Positions 53,783 through 62,686 of a DNA stretch of 64,000 nt are shown here, piece after piece (within the stretch, counting starts at the first letter, position 1; each line of letters opens with the position of its first letter). Location of the stretch: NCBI GenBank assembly GCA_963739455.1, contig CAVUAK010000001.1, positions 1,152,001 to 1,216,000 of the forward strand. The letters run 5' to 3'. Origin of the DNA: an uncultured Gemmatimonadales bacterium. GTDB lineage: Bacteria > Gemmatimonadota > Gemmatimonadetes > Gemmatimonadales > GWC2-71-9. The notes below the pieces were generated by a model that had not been told where the DNA came from, did not search any database, and saw only the letters and a list, made by a program, of their open reading frames with translations. A program made the translations under genes and the position numbers.

Positions 53783-54245
53783 CTATTTCCCCTGCCTTAT
53801 CACGGAAAAAATGTGATAGCCGATGCCAATCACAACTGCAGTCATGGCCTTCGGCAGCGGGACATCGGCGGAAGGCACCAGTTGGATGGTTCCTTCCACG
53901 AACAGGGGGATGTACAAGAGCGTGCCAGTGACTACGCCGGGCGAGTACGCTCGCAGCTTGAAGACGCCCCAGATGTGAAAACAGGCGTTAGCCGCCGCGA
54001 TAGCTGCGACGTAGTACCACACGGCATACCCATTTGGCGTGCTGCCAAGATAAAGTGCGAATGCACAAGCGCACATCATGAAGCGTATTGATCCATACCA
54101 GGAACCCCGTGTTGCTCTTCTTGACCGTCCCTGGAGGTATCAGCCTGGCGAACCATTCAGGGAACCCCCCGGGAAACAGGAATTCCTCGGTCACGTGCAG
54201 CATGACGGCTGCCGCGAGCGCGATCGACAATTCTGAAAATGGCAT
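53783..54245 (-). CDS. HXXEE domain membrane protein; frameshifted
   Basis: LHVTEEFLFPGGF, NACFH, YSPGVVTG; visibly more AT-rich than its flanks. Confidence 0.8.
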
Positions 54246-54273
54246 GCGGTAATACTAGCAAGGAGCCTGCGCC

Positions 54274-54310
54274 TTGCGTCGGGGCGGCCAATACTGCATT
54301 TTTATGCGTT
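54274..54310 (+). promoter_or_regulatory. arg operon promoter with ARG-box-like palindrome
   Basis: TTGCGT-N17-CATTTT overlapped by TGCAT-TTTT-ATGCG, directly before the argG ATG. Confidence 0.55.
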
Positions 54311-55529
54311 ATGCAACCAACCAAGCCCCTGGTCGCCCTGGCCTTCTCCGGCGGCCTCGATACCTCGTACTGCGTCCCGCGCCTCGCCGACGACGGCTGG
54401 GCGGTGGAGACGGTTTTCGTCAACACCGGCGGCACCACGCCCGATGACCGCGCCGCGATTCGCCGGCAGGCGGAGGCGGTCGGCGCACTGAGGCACCATG
54501 AAGTCGATGCGCGCGCTGCGGTGTTCGATCGCTTCGTGCGCTACCTCATCCAGGGCAACGTGCTGCGGGGCGAGGTCTACCCGCTGAGCGTCGCCGCCGA
54601 GCGGACGCAGCAGGCCATCTCGGTCATCGAGGCGGCGCGCGCGATGGGTGCCACGGCCGTGGCGCACGGCTCCACCGGTGCCGGGCAACGACCAGGTGCG
54701 CTTCGACGTCGCGTTCCGGGTGCTCGCGCCGGAGCTGCAGATCATCACGCCCATCCGCGAAGCGAACCTGCAGCGGGCCGACTCGATCGCATACCTCGAG
54801 GCGCGCGGCCTGCCGGTGCCGGCCAAGGCGAGCGCCTACAGCATCAACCGCGGCCTGTGGGGCACCACGTACGGTGGCGGCTGGACGCACGACACCTGGG
54901 CCGGTCCGCCCGACGAGCTCTTCGAGCCGCCGGCCGATGCGCCGGCACCGCGCGAGATCGTGATCGGCTGGGAGCAGGGGGTGCCGGTGTCGATCGACGG
55001 CGTCGCCATCGACGGGCCGACGCTCGTCGACCAGCTGGGCGATCTCTGCGCCGAGTACGGCGCGGGCCGCGGCATCCACGTGGGCGAGACGGCGCTCGGC
55101 ATCAAGGGTCGCATCGGCTTCGAGGCGGGTGCGGCACTGCTGCTCATCCAGGCGCATCGCGAGCTGGAGAAGCTGGTGCTCACCAAGTGGCAGGTGTTCT
55201 GGAAGGACTCGCTGGGGCGCTTCTACGGTGACCGGCTGCACGAGGGGCAGTACTTCGACCCGGCGCTGCGGGACATCGAGGCGATGTTCACCAGTTCGCA
55301 GCAGCGGGTGACGGGCGAGACGCGCGTGCGGCTGTCGGCGGGTCGGACGCAGGTGACCGGTGCGCGGAGCCCGTTCTCGATGATGGACCGCGCCGTGGCC
55401 ACCTATGGGGAAGAGAACCGGCTCTGGACCGGCGAAGAGGCCCGCGATTTCTCGAGGATCGTGGCGATCCCGTCGCTGCTGGCCCACAAGGCGGGTATGG
55501 CGGGTAAGGCGGGTCAAAGGAGATCGCTC
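54311..55529 (+). CDS. argG: Argininosuccinate synthase; frameshift near 54685; no in-frame stop before the next gene
   Basis: LAFSGGLDTS, YPLS..AER, AHGSTG.GNDQVRFD, YSINRGLWG, GIKGRIGFEA. Confidence 0.93.
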
Positions 55530-56618
55530 ATGATTACGACTCGTGTGAAGCTGGACAAGATCTCCTCCTCCACCCGGAATGCGGCTCTCGCGTCCGAGGT
55601 GATCGTCGGCGACCAGATCGTGGCCCAGGAGGGCTACGTCCTCGCGGTGCGCATCAAGGAGGACAAGTCCACCTACAACTCGGTGGAGGATCTCGCCGGC
55701 CGCATGGTGACGCTCCGCGCCGGCGACGTGCTCGCCGGTACGCTCGGTACCCGGCGCGCGCTCCGCGGCTACGCCGGCGTGGTGCCGGCGCACATCGCGG
55801 TGGGCGACATCATCGACGTGCTCAACCTCGGCGGCATCCTGGGCAAGTGCACCTCAGCCAATCCGGAAATCGGGCCGCCGTTCAAGGCGGAGGTGCTGGG
55901 TGCGGTCCTGACATTTCCCGAGCTGGGTGACCGCGTCGGTCGTCCGGCGCACATCAAGGACAAGGCGGTGCCTACCGCGGACACGCTCGAGTGCACGGTG
56001 CCGGTGGTTTACATCGCAGGCACCTGCATGAACGCGGGCAAGACAGTAGCGGCGACGGAACTGGTGCGCGGACTTTACCGCAGCGGCCTCAAGGTGGCAG
56101 CGGCGAAGCTCACCGGTGTGTCGCTGATGCGCGATGCGCTCTCGATGCGCGATGCCGGCGCCAGTGCTGCGCTCACGTTCAATGACATCGGTATTGCGAG
56201 CACGCACGCCGGCGTCACCGTCTCGAGCGCCAAGGGCATCCTCAACCGGCTGGCGCAGGGCAAGCCCGACGTGATCGTGGCCGAGCTGGGTGATGGCATT
56301 CTCGGTGAGTATGGTGTGCAGGACATCCTCGCCGACAAGGAGCTCTCGGGTGCCGGCGCGGCGTGGGTCATGGCGGCACCCGATCCGGTCGGTTGCTGGG
56401 GTGCCAAGGTGCTCATGGAGCAGCGCTACGGGCTGTCGATCACGGTGCTGACCGGTCCGGCGACGGACAACGAGGTGGGACGCGACTACGTCAACGCCGA
56501 GCTGAATCTCCCGGCCTTCAACGCGCGGCGAGAGCCGGATGCGCTGGTCGAGGTGGTGCGCGCGTCGATTGCGGCGTGGCAGGCGGCGCGGCCCACGGCC
56601 GAGCTCGTCACGGTCTGA
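55530..56618 (+). CDS. DUF1611-related P-loop protein within the arg operon
   Basis: Own AAGGAG RBS; LG.RRALRGYAG, LNLGG, VYIAGTCMNAGKT, AAKLTG, DVIVAELGDGILG, DNEVG. Family assignment is from motif recall. Confidence 0.7.
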   Translation: MITTRVKLDKISSSTRNAALASEVIVGDQIVAQEGYVLAVRIKEDKSTYNSVEDLAGRMVTLRAGDVLAGTLGTRRALRGYAGVVPAHIAVGDIIDVLNLGGILGKCTSANPEIGPPFKAEVLGAVLTFPELGDRVGRPAHIKDKAVPTADTLECTVPVVYIAGTCMNAGKTVAATELVRGLYRSGLKVAAAKLTGVSLMRDALSMRDAGASAALTFNDIGIASTHAGVTVSSAKGILNRLAQGKPDVIVAELGDGILGEYGVQDILADKELSGAGAAWVMAAPDPVGCWGAKVLMEQRYGLSITVLTGPATDNEVGRDYVNAELNLPAFNARREPDALVEVVRASIAAWQAARPTAELVTV

Positions 56619-56620
56619 CG

Positions 56621-57659
56621 ATGCGCGTCGCCGTCATTGGCGCCGCCGGTTATGCCGGCGGCGAGCTGCTCCGACTCCTGCTGTCCCACCCCGACGTCAC
56701 CGACTGGGTCGCGACGAGTCGCAGCCAGGCGGGGAAGCCGGTGGGCGACGTGCATCCGCAGCTGCGTTCGCTCACTGATCGCGCCTTCGAGGCGCTCGAG
56801 CCCGCCGAGGCGGCGCGCGGGTGTGATGTCGTCTTCCTGGCGCTCGAGCACGGAGAGTCGTCGAAGGTGGCGCCAGCCCTGCTCGCATCAGGCGCCGGGC
56901 TGGTCATCGACATCGCGGCCGATTTCCGCGTCGCCGACCCGGTGCTCTACGCGAAGTACTACGGGGCTCATCCGTCTCCCGACCTGCTGTCCCGCTTTCG
57001 CTACGGTCTGGCCGATGTCGAGGGAACCCGGCTGCGCGGCGCCACGGCGATCGCCACGCCCGGGTGCTTCGCCACCGCGGCGCAGCTCGCGCTGTATCCA
57101 CTCGCGGGAATTCCGGGCATGGAGCCGGCGCTCTTCGCCGTCACCGGCTCGAGTGGTGCGGGCGTGCAGCCGCGCCCCACGACGCACCACCCGGCGCGGG
57201 CACACAATCTCTTCGCGTACTCCGTGATGGGACATCGGCATGAGGCCGAGGTGCTGGCCAGCTGGCGGCGCTGGACCGGGCGGGAGGATGCGGCGGCAAG
57301 GTTGATGACGCACAGTGGGCCGTTTGTTCGAGGGATCCACTTGACGTTGCATGGAAGGGCGGGGAAGGCGGGGATGGCGGGGAAGGCGGGTGATGCGCTG
57401 GAGCTCTTTCGGAGCGCCTATGCCGGCCGGCCGTTCGTGCGGGTGCTGGATCAGCCGCCGGAGCTGACGCATGTGATCGGCACCAACGAGGCGCACATCC
57501 ATGCCGTGAACTCGGCCGATGGCCGGCGAGATCCAGGTGATGGTCGTCATCGACAACCTGGTGAAGGGTGCGGGCGGACAGGCGGTGCAGGCGATGAACC
57601 TGGCCCTTGGGATCGCCGAGACGCGTGGACTCGTGGGTGGGGGGATTTTCCCGTGTTGA
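56621..57659 (+). CDS. argC: N-acyl-gamma-glutamyl-phosphate reductase; frameshift near 57525
   Basis: [54 protein letters not shown]. Confidence 0.93.
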
Positions 57660-57662
57660 GTA

Positions 57663-57694
57663 GACGTGAGGGCCTGAGGGCGTGAGGACGTGAA
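57663..57694 (+). repeat. Degenerate (GACGTGAR)x4 between argC and argD
   Basis: GACGTGAG GGCCTGAG GGCGTGAG GACGTGAA; the last unit supplies the argD GTG. Confidence 0.85.
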
Positions 57695-58826
57695 GAGCTC
57701 CTTGCTGCCGGTCTACGCTCAGTTTCCTGTTCGCCCTGCGAGGGGCGAGGGGAGCTGGATCATCGACGTCGACGGCCATCGCTGGCTCGACGCGTACGGC
57801 GGCCACGCCGTGGCGAGCACGGGGCACTGCCATCCGCACGTGGTGCGCGCCATCGCGGAACAGGCGTCGCAGCTGATCTTCTATTCGACGGTGCTGCCGC
57901 ACCCGAATCGGGAGCTGTTGGCGGCCCGCATTGCGGCGCTCATGCCACCAGGGCTCGATCGGTCCTTTTTCTGCAACTCGGGCGCCGAGGCGAACGAGAA
58001 TGCCATGGGCCTCGCGCGGAAGCGCACCGGACGCGAGCTCGTCGTTTCAGTGACCGGTGGCTGGCACGGGCGCACCGTGGCGACGCTGGCGGTCACCGAC
58101 GGCGCCAAGTATGAAATCGGCGCGCGGCGCGCCGGCATGCCGCTGTCGCAGAAGATTCCGTTCGACGATGTCGATGCGCTCGAGCGCGCCATCGACGACT
58201 CGGTTGCGGCACTCATCGTGGAACCGGTGCAGGGAATGTCCGGTGCCCGCGACTGTTCGCATGCGTTCCTGCAGGCAGCGCGCGCGGCGTGCACCCGTCA
58301 TGGCGTGGCCCTGATCTTCGATGAGATCCAGTGCGGTGTCGGCCGGCTCGGCGCATTCACCGCTGCCGAGTTCTATGGTGTCACCCCTGATGCCGTTACG
58401 ATGGCGAAGGGCCTCGCTTCCGGTTTCCCGATTGCCTCGGTCACGGTTGGGGACTTCCTCGCCGAGGGCGTCACGGTCGGCGACCTGGGCAGCACTTTCG
58501 GCGGTGGGCCGCTCGCGTGTGCGGCAGGGCTCGCGACGCTGGACGTTATCGAGCAGGAGGATCTCGCCGGGAATGCCGCGCGAGTGGGCCAGCAACTGCG
58601 CGAGGGCGCGCTCGCGATTGGAATTCCCCAGGTGCAGGGTCATGGCTTGCTGCTCGGATTGAGGCTGGGCCGCCCGGCGCAGCCGGTGCAGCGGGCCCTT
58701 TTCGAACGTCGCATCCTTACTGGAACCTCGGGTGACCCGGACATCCTGCGCCTGCTCCCGCCGCTTTCGTTTTCTCACGCGGAAGCGGACCTGCTGCTTG
58801 CGGGACTCGCGGAAGTGCTCGCGTGA
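57690..58826 (+). CDS. argD: Acylornithine aminotransferase (class III PLP)
   Basis: FFCNSGAEANE, WHGRT, VEPVQG, FDEIQCGVGR, AKGLASG, STFGGGP. Confidence 0.92.
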   Translation: MKSSLLPVYAQFPVRPARGEGSWIIDVDGHRWLDAYGGHAVASTGHCHPHVVRAIAEQASQLIFYSTVLPHPNRELLAARIAALMPPGLDRSFFCNSGAEANENAMGLARKRTGRELVVSVTGGWHGRTVATLAVTDGAKYEIGARRAGMPLSQKIPFDDVDALERAIDDSVAALIVEPVQGMSGARDCSHAFLQAARAACTRHGVALIFDEIQCGVGRLGAFTAAEFYGVTPDAVTMAKGLASGFPIASVTVGDFLAEGVTVGDLGSTFGGGPLACAAGLATLDVIEQEDLAGNAARVGQQLREGALAIGIPQVQGHGLLLGLRLGRPAQPVQRALFERRILTGTSGDPDILRLLPPLSFSHAEADLLLAGLAEVLA

Positions 58827-59601
58827 TCGAGGTGAGGGGCAGTACTGGCCCGATTGCGGTGGATGACGGTGGCAGCGGCGAGCCGGCGTGCCTGCTGGTG
58901 CACAGCCTTGGCGGGCGCCTTGCCTTCTGGGATTCGACGCTGGCGGAGTTGCGGAAGCAGCATCGCGCCATCGCACTCGACCTGCGGGGACACGGCGGCG
59001 TCGGCACCCGCGTCATTCGCCGAGTCAGGGCTGGATGACTTTCGTCGACGATGTCCTGCGCGTCGCCGACGCGCTGGGACTCGGGCGGTTCGTGCTTGTG
59101 GGGCACAGCTTCGGCGCCACGGTGGCACTTGCCGCGGCGGTGCGGGCCCCAGGTCGCGTGGCAGCACTGGTGATGGTTGACCCGGCCGGTGCCTTCGACC
59201 AGGTGCCGGTGTCGACGCTGGAGGCGTTCATCGATACAGTCCTGCAGGACGAGAGTGGCGACTTCGTGCGCACGGCCTATGAGGCCAACCTCGAGCGTGC
59301 CACTCCCTCGACACGCGCGGCGGTGCTTGCCAGCCTCGCCGGGACCAGCCGGGAGACGCTGGCCGGCGCCTACACCGCGATGTTCGCCACTGACGCGCGC
59401 GCGCTCCTGCTCCGCTATCCTGGCCCGGTGCGGCTCATCGTCGATGCGGCAAACGACTCGCCAATGAGCCTGCATGCGCAGTTGCCCGACCTCGATATCG
59501 TGTCGATCGACGGGGCGAGTCACTGGCTGATGCTCGACCGACCGGAACAATTCGACCTCGCGCTCAAGGAGTTCGTGGATGCGCAATCGGTGCCGCAATG
59601 A
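58823..59601 (+). CDS. Alpha/beta hydrolase; frameshift near 59010
   Basis: DLRGHG, VGHSFG, SHWLMLDRP; overlaps both neighbours by 4 nt. Confidence 0.85.
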
Positions 59602-60614
59602 AGCGTGACTTTCTCTCCATGGAGTCGTGGGGCCAGGAGCAGTGCCTGGCGTTGCTCGACCTGGCCGACCGCGTCAAGCGCGGCGAGATCTCCGGCGGGC
59701 TCGAGAAGAAGATCATGGCGATGGTGTTCATGGACCCGAGCCTGCGCACGCGCGCCAGCTTCGAGGCCGCGATGTTCCTGCACGGCGGGCACGGTATCGT
59801 GCTCGAGCCGGGCAAGGGCAGCTGGTCACTGGAGACGGAACCGGGCGCGGTGATGGACGGCACGACGGTGGAGCACATCAAGGATGCCGCGCGCGTGCTC
59901 GGGACGGTACGCCGACGTGCTCGGCGTGCGCACCTTCCCGCGCCCCGGCAACTGGGACACGGTGCGACAGGACCTGGTGATCAAGCGCTTCGCGGAGTAC
60001 TGCGAGAAGCCGATCATCAACCTCGAATCCACGCGCCGGCACCCGTGCCAGGGGCTGGCCGACGCGATGACGCTGCGCGAGAAGTTCGGCGGCGACCCGC
60101 GCGGCAAGCGCTTCGTGCTCATGTGGGCGTGGCATCCCAAGGCGCTGCCCACTGCGGTGCCCGCGAGCGCCGCCATTTCGGCGGCGATGCTCGGCATGGA
60201 GGTGGTCATTGCGCGACCGGATGACTACGAACTCGATCCCGAGGATACGCGCGCTCATCCGGCAGCTGGCACGCGACAACGGCGCCATGATCCATATCAA
60301 CAACGACCCGGACGACGCACTGGTGGGCGCCGACGCGGTGTACGTCAAGTCATGGGGATCGGTGAAGCACTACAACCACCCCGAGGAAGAGGCGGCGATG
60401 CGCGCCGGTCTTCGCGACTGGCGGCTGACGGGCTCCGCGGCTCAAGTCGACGCGCGGTGGCAAGGGCATCGTGATGCACTGCCTCCCGGTGCGCCGGAAT
60501 GTCGAGCTCGATGATGAAATCATCGACGGCCCCACCTCGGTGGTGGTGGACCAGGCGGAGAACCGCCTTCATGCACAAAGGGCATTGCTCCTCGAGATGC
60601 TGGGTTCGAAGTGA
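59598..60614 (+). CDS. argF: N-acylornithine carbamoyltransferase (ArgF'), predicted succinyl-specific; frameshifted
   Basis: [43 protein letters not shown]. Confidence 0.92.
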
Positions 60615-60619
60615 ACAAC

Positions 60620-60640
60620 GGGAACAGGGAACAGGGAACA
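60620..60640 (+). repeat. (GGGAACA)x3 heptamer between argF' and argB
   Basis: Three exact copies followed by GGAGAGG. Confidence 0.9.
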
Positions 60641-60656
60641 GGAGAGGCGACGTAAC

Positions 60657-61595
60657 GTGACCATCGATTCGTCCAAGGGAATTGCCGGGCTCAAGGGCGC
60701 GCTGCGCTACGTGCGCGCCTACCGCGACCGCGTCTTCGTGGTGAAGCTGGGCGGCGACGTGGTGAGCGACCCGGATACGCTGGACCAGGCGGCCGCGCAG
60801 CTGGCGCTGCTCTCATCGCTCGGCATTCGGCTCGTGGTGGTGCACGGCGGTGGACCCGCAGGCCACGGCGCTCAGCCGCAAGCTCGGCACCGAGCCGACC
60901 ATCGTGGCCGGCCGGCGTGTCACCGACGACCAGGCGCTCGAGGTGGCCAAGATGGTCTACGGTGGCCAGCTCAACACCGACCTGCTGGCGTCGCTGCGGG
61001 AGCATCGGCTGCAGGCGGTGGGGCTGTCAGGTGTCGATGCCGACCTGATCACGGCGCATCGTCGGCCGCCCGTCGCCATGGTGGACGATGCGGGCAGGAA
61101 GCAGACGGTGGACTATGGGCACGTCGGGGACATCGACCGGGTCGATCCGCGGGTGCTCAACACGCTGATGGACGGCCGGTTCGTACCGGTCATCGCCAGC
61201 CTGGCGGGCGATGACGACGGCAACGTCTACAACGTGAATGCCGACACCGTGGCCGAGTCGATTGCGGTGGCGCTTGCAGGCGATGAAGCTGATCTTCATG
61301 ACGGGCGCGCCGGGGGTGCTGCGCGACCGGAACGATCCGTCGTCGCTGGTCACCTTTGCCGACCCTGACGACCTCACGACGCTGATGGCGAGTGGCGCGC
61401 TGGCCGGCGGCATGCGGCCCAAGGTGGAGGCGTGCATCCGGGCCGCGACCAGCGGCGTCGAGCGCACCCACATCATCGACGGCCGCGCGCCCGATGCGCT
61501 GCTGCTCGAGGTGTTCACCGGGCGCGGGGCTGGGCACCATGATCGTGGGCCGGAAGGAGAAGGCGACCTACCTTGGCGTCGACCTCGCCGGCTGA
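60657..61595 (+). CDS. argB: N-acylglutamate kinase; frameshifted
   Basis: VVKLGG, VVHGGG, GRRVTD, NVNAD, GGMRPKVEA, HIIDGR, GTMI. No C-terminal GNAT domain. Confidence 0.93.
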
Positions 61596-62656
61596 GATCG
61601 CCCTGCTGCACGAACTCGTCGCCATTCCCTCCGTGAGTGGCGACGAGGAACCCATTGCGCGCTTCATCGAGACGACGGTGCGCGGGTGGGGGCTCGACGT
61701 GGTCCGCGACGCGACCGGAGTGAAGGTGGAGGTGCGCGCGCAGGAAGCCGGGCCCGACGCTCGCGCTGGTGTCGCACGTCGACGTGGTTCCGCCGGGTCA
61801 GGGGTGGACTCGTGATCCGTGGACACCGGTGGTCGAGCAGGGCCGTCTCTATGGTCGCGGGTCGGGCGACGCCAAGGCCTCGGTGGCGGCGATGCTCTGC
61901 GCGCTGCGCGATGTCGCCGACGGCGGCGGACCGGCGCATGGCCGCCTGCATGGTGATCCTGGGCTTCGGCGAGGAGACGAAGCACACCTCGATGCCCGAG
62001 GCGATCGCCACCGTCGGCACCGTGGACGCGGCACTGGTGGGGGAGCCGACCAATCTCGAGCTCGCCGTGGCACAGCGCGGCCTGATGATGGTGGACCTCA
62101 TTGCGCGCGGCGACCAGCGGCACGCCGGCTACGCCGCTGGCGCCAGCTTCACCAATTCCGCCATCGTGCTCGCGCGCGACCTGCTCAAGCTGGGTAGCGC
62201 TCTGCCAGGAGCGGGAGCATCCGGTGCTGGGCCACGTGATCGATCACGCCCACGATGGTGGAGGCGGGCATCAGCCGCAACGTGACGCCGCCCGCGGCGA
62301 AGGCGGTGCTCGACATCCGGAGCACGCCGTCGTGGTCGCACGAGGAAATCGGCGAGGCGATGCGGGCGGCGCTCGAGTCGGAGGTCGTGGTGACGTCCCA
62401 GCGACTGGTGCCGTGTGAGACGCCGGCACACTCGCGGTTGCTCGAGGTGGCGCGCCGGGTGCGGCCTGCCGCGAAGACCTACGGGAGCCCGACCTGCTCC
62501 GACTGGGTCTTCCTCAACGATCGCGACACGATCAAGGTGGGTCCCGGCACCAGTCAGCGTTCGCATACGGCGGACGAGTGCGTCGATCTCGCCGAGGTCA
62601 CGGAAGCACGCCAGTTCTATGCGAGCGTGGCGAGGGAGTACTTGAGTGAGAACTGA
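61573..62656 (+). CDS. argE: M20 deacylase (ArgE-like); frameshifted
   Basis: PSVSGDE, SHVDVVP, YGRGSGDAK, GEE, VGEPT, SD, KVGPG...SHTADE. Confidence 0.88.
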
Positions 62657-62686
62657 CGTGAGGACGTGAGGACGTGATGACGTGAA
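62655..62686 (+). repeat. (GACGTGAD)x4 between argE and argH
   Basis: GACGTGAG GACGTGAG GACGTGAT GACGTGAA; the last unit supplies the argH GTG. Confidence 0.95.

Noticed and set aside
53783..54245. AT-richer HXXEE gene as a mobile element
   Set aside because: No transposase, integrase or terminal repeats; at most a single acquired gene.
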